NCBI RefSeq assembly: GCF_006345805.1
Contig: NC_043002.1
Span: forward strand, 38,502,001-38,566,000
Direction of reading: 5' to 3'
Length of the DNA: 64,000 nt
Source of the DNA: Octopus sinensis
Lineage: Eukaryota
Of this stretch, positions 51,335 through 62,789 are shown piece by piece (position 1 is the first letter of the stretch; every line of letters starts with the position of its first letter). The notes below the pieces were generated by a model. It was not told the origin of the DNA. It did no database searches and saw only the letters and a list, made by a program, of their open reading frames with translations. Made by a program: the position numbers and the translations under genes.

Positions 51335-53869
51335 ATTATTATTATTACCTTTACTATTGTTACTACTCTCCTTATGTCTATTTTTAAGTTCACTTGATAA
51401 ATCCATTTCAACAAACTTCCGCAACTTACTAACGTTATGTGCTGCTATAATTTCAGGCAAATTTCTCGTATTCCAGAAGTCCAATTTTACTGTATTGCCG
51501 TTAAATAACACACCATATTTACTTGATATTAGAAAATGCTTGCCCATAGCCATGAAACATTTACCTGAAATTTTTATGGCCACTTGGGCCTTAAATGTAA
51601 CTTGTCTCGAATATAATTATTACAATCCCTATTACAATCCGTAGTTTGGTTGGTTGTTACAATACTCTTGTTATTTAATACTGCTCCTACGTTCACATAA
51701 GTACTCTCGCTCTTAATTTCACTGTTTCTTTTAATTAGAAGTTTTAATTTCTTGCTCACTTTATACTGCCTAATCTATTATCAATAAAGCTTTTCTTACT
51801 ATTAGTCTAATCAAATTTAACCTTGGTCTTTTCAGCTTTATTGTTATGATGATTGCCAGCATTATTCATTCAATCCGTTACTTCTGAATCGTGAAGAATA
51901 TTCTTAATCTCAACGTTATGTATATAATAAATTTTCTCTGTACATCAAGCTTCTGCTAAAGCTAGATTGCAGTATTTCTCATTTTGTTTAAATATCCATC
52001 ATTTAGTTGAAAGTCAAGCAATTATAACGGAGACGCTCCGAACTATAAAATTTATAATTGCTTTTGAACGATTGGATTATTACCTCACGTATTCGAGTAT
52101 CTCATTTCGCATGGGACACAGATGATACAGCTGAGTAATAATGTCCAAGGTAACATCCACAAAATTTAATTTACTGCATCTCCAGGAAGATAGATAGTCC
52201 TAGGCCCTTAAAAAATATAAGGGTTTTTTCCCTATACATTTCTAAGTTAAACTTACTACACCTATAAACAATAAATAAAGTGTCGTCTCGATGCAATCTC
52301 CAGACACTGGCTCAGAAAATTCACCATTTAAACAGTTTTCAACACACACATTCGCGTGGGCACACACGTGTACACACAAACATGAGTGTGTGTGTGTAAT
52401 ATATCAGTTATTTGTACTGAGTTGTTGGACACCATAATTATATGAATATTGTTAGGTCTGTCCTTTCTAGTTCAATGTTTCCCTTCGAATTCAATTATAG
52501 TCTTTTCTAGATAAATCAGTCCTTCACCGCAAAGACGAATATTCTACTTAGTAAAATAGGGTTATTAGAGGAATAATAAGTAGATTTATCGATTTGGATA
52601 AACTGCTGAGTTTCTTTAAACCAATCAATTACTTCATATGAGTTGAACCATAAATCTAATTTTATAACTTGTCTGAAATTAGGTAAAATATCTATCTTTA
52701 TTTATCTATCTATAATTAATTTTTTTATCTAATTATTTTATCTAATTATTTTAGTCATCTTAATTTTATAAAAATTATTATCATAGTTATGATAGTTATG
52801 TTGACGTTAGCGTTGTTGTTATAATTATTATTTTTATTTTAAAAAACCGTAATTAGTTTAATAATTAATCTTTAATTGTTGTAAATTACTTTTAATTTAT
52901 TTTCTAATTACTTTTAACTTCATTGTTAATTCATTTTTACTTTATTTTACTTTATTTATTTACTTCATTTATCTTATTTATTTACTTTATTTATCTTAAT
53001 TTACCCTTCTTATATTACTTCAGTTTTTATGTTTAATATTTAATCTTTTCAGAAAAATATTTTTTTCAACCAAGATATCTTCGTTAGTAAATAATAGATC
53101 GGTTATTCTTCATAGTCTATACTTAAAATTAAAACTGACCAAATGACATTTCCATCTGCTTTAAATAATTAACTGCAGAATAACCTTGTTCTATTTACCT
53201 CTTGTATTTACTTGAATTGGTCAGTAATAATTACAATGGGGTCGGGAGGCAGGAATTTTTGCTGTAGACATTCATCAACTTGACTGGTAGGATTGAGGAA
53301 AATGAATGACATATAACAATCCTAGCATTATTTTATAAATACTATGCCTATGTATATCTACTGAAATATCGCGTTTACCACATGTACTGGTCAAATGTTG
53401 TTAGTTTAACTAACAACATTTTACCAGTGCAAGACGTACACTCTTAAAATGCTCCCCATTCTAAGCAGTATGATATAGCTAATTCCTCTATCCTTGTAGA
53501 ATATTAGCCAATAAAATACGGTATCGGTTAATATGCATGATGATTGCATCACAGAATTTGAAAATGCTTACTGACCCGAAACGCGCGTGAGCGGTTTTCC
53601 GAAACCATAATTCTCCATATTTTTTTGTCTTTTCTTCTATACTCTGTGACTTTATATTAAAACTATTTGGTGCTTGAATTTCGGATTTGCAAATTGAATA
53701 GAAGGCAGAAAGTAATTTTACAACTGACATGGATTACAACGGCTCTCACTGGACAATTTAGGCAGCGCAGTTTCGTCACCACGGATTACTTATAAAAATT
53801 CGCCTTTTCCACACTCACACACACATGCACTTATGCGCACACACACACACACATATGAGGCATGTATGG

Positions 53870-54056
53870 GTGAATGGAAATTTGGTGGGACGGATTCGAT
53901 TACTTTGACTCCAGTGCTCAACTTGTACGTATCATCTTGAAAAGGATGAAAGGCAAAGTGGACTTCGGCGAAATTTGAACTCAGAACGTGGAGACAGACG
54001 AACCGCTGCTAATCAATTCTCCCGGCATGCTAATGATTCTGTCAGCTCGACGCCTT
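53870..54056 (-). mobile_element. SINE family C copy
   Basis: aaaggcaaagtggacttcggcgaaatttgaactcagaacg is the reverse of the family C core; further copies at about 46480-46890, 50087-50290 and 57318-57515. Confidence 0.75.
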
Positions 54057-54293
54057 AGCTGGATGCAAAAACTAACAAAGAGAACAGAGTAAGCAATACG
54101 TTTAATTACATAATTCCACAGTTGATTCATCGATTTTCTACCAGAGGTTTCTTGCGGCTACGTTACCATATAGTACATGAAATATTACATCGTATCCGTA
54201 TAATACCGGAAAATATCGACACCTCAGGTTTATGTATATGTGTAATATTCATCCATCCCTCCCTCTCTCCATCCTTCCATCCATACATAATAT

Positions 54294-54341
<48 letters not shown>

Positions 54342-54591
54342 CCTATTTATATATTTTTTATATACATATGCATATGTACATATCTACATATACACATACA
54401 TACATATATATATATATATATAATAATAGTTATCGCCATACTAATATGGCATTCTTATAAAAATAAGAATAAAGCTGTCCGCTTATTAGCTCCATGAGGC
54501 CATCGCCTTAAGTTAGCTATTTGATACACAAACTGTATCCATATAACCTTCGAACAAGGGAGGTCAGTCGCTCCACACTACTTGACCGGCA

Positions 54592-54633
54592 GCTACAGAC
54601 GCGTTTCGGGGTATTGCCCCTTTTCAATGCAGC
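54592..54633 (-). ncRNA. Type I hammerhead ribozyme, U3:A8 core variant (left arm)
   Basis: Mirror of 54917-54958. Confidence 0.7.
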
Positions 54634-54916
54634 GTAGCCAGCCAGTAGGTGTCGCTTCCGACAATCTCTGTTCGATGGTTTTATTTACCTAGTTTCGGTG
54701 GAATACATCCACTTGTTTTCAATAATAGAAATATTAAAATTACTAAGTCTCTCTAAAAGAGAACAGCGGCAGCGTTCCCGAAAAATAATAGTTATCGCCA
54801 TACTAATATGGCATTCTTATAAAATTATTGAAAACAAGTGGATGTATTCCACCGAAACTAGGTAAATAAAACCATCGAACAGAGATTGTCGGAAGCGACA
54901 CCTACTGGCTGGCTAC

Positions 54917-54958
54917 GCTGCATTGAAAAGGGGCAATACCCCGAAACGCGTCTGTAGC
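54917..54958 (+). ncRNA. Type I hammerhead ribozyme, U3:A8 core variant (right arm)
   Basis: gctgca-TTGAAAA-gggg caata cccc-GAAA-cgc-GTC-tgtagc; stem I 6 bp (one G-U), stem II 4 bp, palindromic acgcgt stem III; predicted cleavage after 54952. Confidence 0.7.
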
Positions 54959-55455
54959 TGCCGGTCAAGTAGTGTGGAGCGACTGACCTCCCTTGTTCGA
55001 AGGTTATATGGATACAGTTTGTGTATCAAATAGCTAACTTAAGGCGATGGCCTCATGGAGCTAATAAGCGGACAGCTTTATTCTTATTTTTATAAGAATG
55101 CCATATTAGTATGGCGATAACTATTATTTTCCGGGAACGCTGCCGCTGTTCTCTTTTAGAGAGACTTAGTAATTTTAATATTTCTATTATATATATATAT
55201 ATATATATATATGCATGACTGTTTACCTATTCGCATACTTGTGTATATATATGTGTGTGCGTATGTGTGTGAGAGAGGAGAACAGAAAAGGAGGGAGACC
55301 GATGACTTCCTTGTAACTAAAGGTTTACAGCTAAAACTAATTTTCGCTGGACACTGGCACTTGTCTAAACAGAGAATCAAAAATGTCAAACTTCGTATTA
55401 GCCATTTGTCTCGGAATAGTTTCTTTCATTTTATATGTACTCAGAGAGTAGTATT

Positions 55456-55517
<62 letters not shown>

Positions 55518-56199
55518 GCTTAAGTATTTGGTGAATAACAAAATAGCTACAAAATAGTTTTATTACATTATTCTATTATATTCTATATATTATATTATAT
55601 TACATTATATTATATTATTCTAAATAGCCAGATCATATACTATAACGTTAATGTTCGTTGAAATATTGCATCGACCTTCTATTCTACAGGATTATCTTAT
55701 GTACTGTTAGTCAACAGAATTCGCATGTTAGAAACCATTGATGTGTTGTTGTTATCTTCTAAATGGTTTCTTTGCCGTTTTATTTTCTTATCCTTATATC
55801 ATGCGACACGTAGATTGGATGACTCTTTAAGAATGTGCACGTAGCTTCATAGGTCGCTGTACTCTTAAGTTGGTCAGTGATTGTATTCTGTCAGTGATAG
55901 AAGATTTGTTATTTATCTTTCAGTTCGTTCGAAAGCTGATATTTGCATTAGATAGCACGTTACCTTCTTCTCCGCCTTTTACCCTTTTACTTTCATTTCT
56001 CCCTTCTTTCTTTCTCTCTTGCTTATTTTCTCTCTCTCTCTTTCTTTTCTCCGCACACTTCACCTTCTTTATAAGTACTCCTGTAGAAACGCAGAGTGAC
56101 GCGTGCAATATAAATGGCGAGATTGAAATAGACTAGAAGAAAAACTAAAAACTCGAATTTTCAGATGAAACTCAAACGGACAGAGCAGTAGACAGAGAA

Positions 56200-56240
<41 letters not shown>

Positions 56241-56519
56241 CAAGATATTTCCGCATTAATTTTTTATCTCTCCTATTCTCATTAAATTTACTCCAAATCA
56301 TTGATAATTAGATATCGATATTGTTATTGAAGAAAACAAGAATACGTAAGGGTACAGCGTATACCTACTTCTGAGTTTCCAGAGATTTTAATTTTATTTT
56401 CAAAGTTCACCAATGAAGATATTTATTGATTGCTGTTTGTTTTTTGTTTTGTTTTTTCTTTTCTTTTTCTTTCGAGGTTCTGTTAATAAAATTTTAATTG
56501 TTCATATAAGATAATTATA

Positions 56520-57301
56520 CGAGGTGTAGTGAAAAAGTATGCGACCTTTGGCCCAAAAACAAATAATATGAAAGAAAACTCGGCATTTTAATTTAGTCTC
56601 CTTCAAAGCATTCGCCATGAGATTCTACAAACTTCTGCCAACGTCTCTGCCACTGTTAGAAACATTTCTGGGAACCACTATTTGCTTAATATCCTCTGTT
56701 TACTCAAATTTCTCACTTTGGGTGTTTTTTGAGCTTTGGGAATAACCAAAAGTCACACGGAGCCAAGTCTGGGGAGTGGGAAGCCTGACGAACAAGTGGT
56801 GTGTTGTGCTCGACGAGAAATGCTTGGATGGCGTGGGCAGAATGAGAGGGTGCGTTATCATGGTGGAGTTACCAGTTCTTCACTAGCAGAACTCCCTGCT
56901 AGTATTCCTTGGTAATTGCCTGGCCGCAACATGTCTCACCGTCCACTGAGGTGCGGCCATTTTTGAATCGGTTTGGCCACTCCTTTATTAGTGTTTTTCG
57001 CATAGCATCATCTCCAAAGGCCTTCTGTATCTTCTCGATAAGTCTGGGCTTGCGTATCACCAAGATGTTTGCAGAATTTGATATTGTCTTTGCTCAATGT
57101 GCACAGTGATCCTGACTCAAAAAGAAAGTTTAACAGCACACTCTTTACGTCAGTACGCAACGCATGACTGGGCGAATGGATCAACGTACAGACGTGAACA
57201 TTTTCGTGCATGCTCAGGGATCCCGCAGCCACCAGATTTTGCTTACGCATTATTACTTTGTGAAAAAAAATCAAGGTAGGTTACTTTTTTACAACACCTT
57301 G
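56520..57301 (-). mobile_element. Mariner (DD34D) internally deleted element with TIRs and TA TSD
   Basis: TIRs ta|cgaggtgtagtgaaaaagta and tacttttttacaacaccttg|ta; minus-strand LHHDNAPSH...HSPDLAPCDFWLFPKL with 34 residues between the Asps. Confidence 0.9.
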
Positions 57302-57567
57302 TACATGCATAATTATCATAATGAAGACTGCAAAATGGCAAATTCGTTAGAATGTCATACCATTGCTTTCAGCTTTACGTTCTGAATACAAGTTTCACCC
57401 CGAAGTCAGCTTTGTCTTTAAATATTTCGGGGTCAATTATTAAGTACCATTTAAGTACTGGGAACGATTTATACGACTAGCCTCCTCGCCTAAATTTCAG
57501 GTTTTCCGCCTATAGCAGAGATAAATAAATGTTATAATTATATATCATGGGCATACACATCATCTCG

Positions 57568-59959
57568 ATGCTCCTACTGAACATCAGAGGACTGCTAACA
57601 CTCAGTAACAGGACAAAAATCCCGTTCTTGAGAGACTTTGTTGCATGCAATCAAACCTTATGCATAGCACTTACGGAAACACACCTGAAACCGGACATAG
57701 TAGATGTGGAAATACACATACCACAGTATGCTGTACTACGGACCGACAGAAAAGAAAGGAGTCATGGAGGAGATGCTATGTACATCGGCGAGGACCTCAC
57801 ACCCCAGGTCCTTTTGTCATACTCAAATTCGGTGTGTGACACACTAATTGTACATATAAGGCAACTTGGTGTAGTTATATGTGCTACATATCGCCCTCCA
57901 GATGCCCCAAGCCATGTAGGCAAGTTTGAAGACTGCCTTATAAAAATAGAAGTTCTAGTCACATTAGAACAACACATAAATGTACTTCTTATGGGAGACT
58001 TCAATCTACCCAATGTCAGATGACCCGAGGGCCTTTCCTAGGAATGACACGATGCGAACGAGGACAGGCGAGGTCCCTCCTGAAACTCATCAAAACTCTG
58101 TACATGGAGCAAGTAATACTCCAACCAACCAGGGTAGGTAACATACTGGATCTCTGCTTCACAAATAATATGGATCTCATCCATAATGTGAAAGTGACAC
58201 CGACACTACTCTCGGATCACAACATAGTAGAGCTGACCATGTACGGGCCAAAGGAGAGCATGGACATGCAGCCTACAAGAAACTCTCAGAATCTTTCCAG
58301 CTTGAACTTCCATAAAGCAAACTGGAAACAAATTGAGAAAGAGATCCTCAAACAAAACTGGCCTGAATGTCTCTCCTCGCCAGACATCGACATGAAACTT
58401 CAACGATTATATGTCTGTAATGCAAGCCATATGCTACAAATGTGTCCCAGAGGGAAAGCCCACTGTACACAAGAACAAAATCCCCAGAGAGAGGAAAATT
58501 CTAATGGGACGGCGTTCAAAAGTTTCAAATCGCCTAAACAAACAAATTGAAAGCAGTGAAAAGTCCCGCCCGAAAATAAAACTGTTGGAAATTGAAAAAT
58601 GTCTGCAACTCTCCCATGAAAAAGAAAGAGCAGACAAAGAGGCCTGGGCTATAGACAACATAAAATTTAACCCCAGAGCTTTCTACAGGTATGCCAAAGA
58701 AACAGCTACGGTGTACTGTAGGATAGGGCCACTCCTTGAAAAGGATGGCACACTCTCAGGAAATCCAATGAGGATAAGTGAAATACTAAATGAGCAATTC
58801 AAGAGTATTTTCACTCCACCCCTAGGGCATTTTCAAGTCAGCAATCCAACTGACTTCTTTACCACTGCAGATATAAAATCAGAAGCAGCGATGATTGACT
58901 ACATCAATATAAAGGAAGACGATGTAATAAAGGCTATAGATGAGATGAAAACAAACTCAGCTACTGGCCCCGATGGTTTCCTGTCAATCCTTCTAAAAGT
59001 ATGTAAGAGAGTCCTAGCAAGACCACTGCAGTTCCTCTTTCAGAGCTTCCTTGCAACTGGCAAACTTCCAAGAAAACTGAAGGAAGGTAAAATATGCCCT
59101 ATTCATAAAGGAGGTAGCAGAGCGGAGGCCAAGAACTACATACCTATCTTTCTGACCTCACACATCAGAAAGGTAATGGAACGAATAGTCAGAGGGAAAC
59201 TGATCACCTTCCTTGAAGAAAATGACTTGCTGCCTGACAGCCAACATGGTTTCCGACCAGGAAGAAGCTGCTTAACTCAGCTCCTACAACACTATGACTG
59301 GGTGCTGAAACGACTGCTCAACCACTCAAATGTGGAAGTCATATATCTCGACTTTGCAAAGGCCTTTGGTAAAGTCGATCATGGAATGATATGTCACAAA
59401 TTGCGTGATCTTGGTATAGTTGGAAAATTGGGAGAATGGCTTCATGACTTTCTGAAGGATAGAAGTCAGATGGTAGTAACCAATGGGGCCACTTCCATTA
59501 ACACGCAAATAGTGAGCGGTGTTCCGCAGGGCACTGTTTTGGGACCACTACTGTTCATAATGGCCCTCTCAGACATGCCCTCAGCCACGCAGAGGGCCAC
59601 GATCACAAGTTATGCAGATGATACAAAAGTTTCACAGGCAATACAGAACCCTGAAGACACTAAGCACCTGCAATGTGAGCTGGACAAAATATACAAGTGG
59701 GCTGAAAAGAATAGCATGCAGTTCAATGCTGAAAAGTTTCAAGCTTTATGCTATCAGCATGCAAAACTAAATGCAATACCCAATAAATACACTGGATCTG
59801 GAGGGATTGCAATCCCAGAGGCACAATCAGTGCGAAACCTGGGTATTTACATGCGTGATGATGCAACCTTTCATGTGCATGTTGCTAAATTGGCAATGAA
59901 ATGTAGGCGGCGGACCGGATGGTTTCTTAGAACCTTTAGAACAAGAGACCAGGAAACAG
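57568..59959 (+). mobile_element. CR1-group LINE ORF2 (APE endonuclease + RT), frameshifted, truncated at both ends
   Basis: LLLNIRGL, ALTETHL, LMGDFNLP, NILDLCFT, SDHNIV (APE); QHGFRPGRSCLTQLL, YLDFAKAF, SGVPQGTVLGPLLF, YADDTK (RT; longest ORF 58411-60039). Confidence 0.92.
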
Positions 59960-60835
59960 TTCCCTTGGTATGCCACTTAGGATTTAAGTTTCCTCTGAAA
60001 GGGCACCATTGGCTGCAACTACCTGACTTCTGCCTTTAACGAAGTCATGCAGCCATTCTCCCAGTTTAACAGCAATGCTAAGGCTTCGTAGCTTATGACA
60101 TATGACATATCTTACTTATGACATATCTTACTTACCAAATGCCTTTGCAAAGTCAAGATATATCCCGCTGACATCTGAATGGTCAAGCAGCTGTTAAAAA
60201 ACCCAGTCATAGTTTTGTAGGATTTGTGTGAGGTAACTTCTTCCTGGACAAAAGCCATGCCGTATATTGTTAAGTAGGTTATTTTCTTCCAGGAGCATTA
60301 TCAACTTCTTTCTGATGATTCGCTCCCTGATTTTACTGATATGTGAAGTCAGAGAGATTGGCTTGTAGATTTTGGCCTCTTATTTGCTTCCACCTTTGAG
60401 GATAAGGCACATAATGCCTTTGTTCAACTTTTTAGGAAGTTTACTATTTGCAAGAAAACTCTGGAAAAGTAGCTGAAATGGTTTCGCTAAAGCCTGCTTA
60501 ATGACTTCGGGAGAATAGCTGGGAGGCCATCAGGACCAGTTGCGGGGCATGAGCTCATTTCAAATATGGCCGCTCTTTCATCTGTCTCCTCAATGTTGAT
60601 GTAATCGATGGTTGGCGTCTCCTTTATTAGAGTTGCAATATTAAAGAATTCAGTCGGAGGTTTTATCTGTATGTGTCCAAGGGGGGAAGTGAAGACACTT
60701 TTAAATTGTTCACTGAGTATATCATTTATTCTTCCTGGGTCCGCAATCAGTGAGTCATTCCGTTGGAACAAGGGTCCTATTTTATATTTACTCTGGGTGT
60801 TTCCTTTACAATGTTATAGAAAGTTTTTGGATTTG
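59954..60835 (-). mobile_element. Second, diverged CR1-group LINE RT fragment, tail-to-tail with the first
   Basis: IGPLFQRNDSL...LSEQFKSVFTSPLGH, ATGPDGLPAILP, YLDFAKAFGK, KLGEWLHDF, SGIP-GTV. Confidence 0.88.
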
Positions 60836-61955
60836 TTTTTATGCTTTCAACAGCACTGTTCTCTTCTCAAGGTGGTATTCCAGCATGGCCGCAGTCAAAT
60901 GACTAAAACAGGTAAAAGAATAGAAGACTATATATAAATGTTGAAGTGTATCTATATGCTATTAATTGTAAATGAGTGCTATTGTATGTTTTGCGTGAAT
61001 GCTTCCCGCCTACGTTCAGCAACTTAACTTTTCTCCTACATCTGTTATAGAAACTATATAAACTATATGTTACATACTTTGAAGTCAATTTTGTTATTCA
61101 TATTTCTCTCCACTTCCATCCACCCTACAATATTTTACTCTGTCATTGAAGCCGTACACCATCTTCCTTTATATCATCCAACTGACAATACTTTCAGTTT
61201 TTCATTGTTGCTGTAGCTCTCTAGTTATTTGAAGTATTGTACCTATAAGTCTTCTTGTTTAACTATCCACCTCTTCCTCTAATTCACTTCTAGTCCCACT
61301 TGCCTAACCATCTATTCTACCATCATGGGAAACATCTGACTTATTTTTTCTCTTTATTATTATGCTTCATCTGTCGTTGCTTGTGTGTTTGATGACATTT
61401 CGAATATATTGAAAATGAGATACTTCATCCTCGTTAACACGAGAAGAGCTCGTAAGCAAAAGAAAGTGTATCCCTGATTTATTTTTTAAAGAGAAAAACC
61501 ATGTTGTAGAAAGTGCAGCAACTTTAGAAGGCTTGGACTTGAACGCACACAAGACATTCATTCGTCTCGTGAGTTATAAAGTGTTGGAGTAGTAGAATCA
61601 TGAGAATGTAAAACAGTTAACGAGTGAAATAACTGAGGTTTCCTATACAAAATCAGTGAAGCCAATAGAAGGTCTTAAAGTAATTGAGAAACAACTGATT
61701 GAAAAATAAATTCAGTCTACATGTCATTGAAATGTAACGAAGCAAAAACGGGTTGAGTTTCTTTATTTGCTTCTAATAACATACAATAGAAGATAATGTT
61801 ATGTAATATTATGTACAATTGTAGGCCATACACAGATAGTCTACTGCGAGAAAAATCGACTTAACCGTTTCCTTTATCATATGTTGTTAATATCAGTATG
61901 ATAGAAACCTTTTCATTCATAATATCTTGGAAAATTTCAATGTGAAAATTATGAT

Positions 61956-62175
61956 ACTCTTTTATTTGACTGCGGCCATGCTGGAGCAACGCCTTTAGTC
62001 GAGTAAATCGACCCCAGGACTTATTCTTTGTACGCCTAGTACTTATTCTATCTTGTCTCTTTTGCCGAACCGCTAACTTACGGGAACGTAACCACACCAG
62101 CATCGGTTGTCAAACGATGATTGTGGGATAAACACAGACACACAAGCATATGCATAATCACACACACACACACAC

Positions 62176-62209
<34 letters not shown>

Positions 62210-62372
62210 CATACGACGGGATTCTTTCAGTTTCCGTCTACCAAATCCACAAGGCTTTGGTCGGCACGAGGCTATAGTAGAAGGCACTTGCCCAAGATAC
62301 CACGCAGTGGGACTGAACCCGGAACCATGTAGTTGGTAAGCAAGATACTTACCACACAGCCTCTCCTACGCC
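61956..62372 (-). mobile_element. SINE family A, full-length copy
   Basis: Reverse complement of 34104-34490 including the internal microsatellite. Confidence 0.85.
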
Positions 62373-62728
62373 TAAATATGAAGTAAATTTTCTTCATCTA
62401 AGGTTAAACAGTTGCAAAATATTTAGAGAGCGGCACTATGCAATATTTGGCATGATTGAGTGAAACGCAGTTCGATTTCCTATAGTTGGTTTTGTACATG
62501 TTTTTATATTTTCCATGTCCGACTTGTGTTCAAAATGAGACTAATCTAATGTATATTCATGTATGTGTATGTATATGTATTGATAAAGCCAAGACTGTGC
62601 AAAAATTATATATAAATATATATGTATGTAAATATGTGTGTGTGTGTGTGTGTGTGGTGTGTGTGTGTGTGTGGTGTGTGTGTGTGTGCCTGTAAATGCT
62701 ATTTTCATAGCATTTTTTCCGATGGCTG

Positions 62729-62789
62729 GATAACTGAAGAGATGGCGGCGTGGATTTCCACCCCGGCATCCGAAACTCGGAGTTTTATC
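62729..62789 (+). ncRNA. Type I hammerhead ribozyme motif with extended stem II
   Basis: gataa-CTGAAGA-gatg gcgg cgtgga ttt ccac cccg g catc c-GAAA-ctcggag-TT-ttatc; perfect 5-bp stem I and actc/gagt stem III. Confidence 0.6.

Larger units (their letters stand above)
49600..53600 (-). mobile_element. Old, interrupted, near full-length PLE
   Basis: Minus-strand motifs in order: YSK.IP.P-like (about 53270), WFNSYEVIDWFK..QFIQID...YYSS (52560-52660), KHF.....VLFNGNTVKL....NLPEIIAAHN (51430-51560), LSNLWSYLMDLK (about 50000); GAAACGCGCGT(A/G)AGCGG at both ends in opposite orientation. Confidence 0.5.
54422..55185. mobile_element. Young non-coding hammerhead-bearing element (362-bp monomer) in head-to-head arrangement; retrozyme/PLE-derived candidate
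   Basis: 54422-54726 is an apparently perfect inverted copy of 54824-55128; 54727-54783 is inverted at 55129-55185 (1 mismatch); 54422-54461 is repeated directly at 54784-54823; flanked by (TA)n on both sides. Confidence 0.85.

Noticed and set aside
59350-59380. AFD-to-AFG change as evidence of retroposed A-to-I edited RNA
   Set aside because: Other lesions in this LINE are not visibly A-to-G biased; a single site is insufficient.
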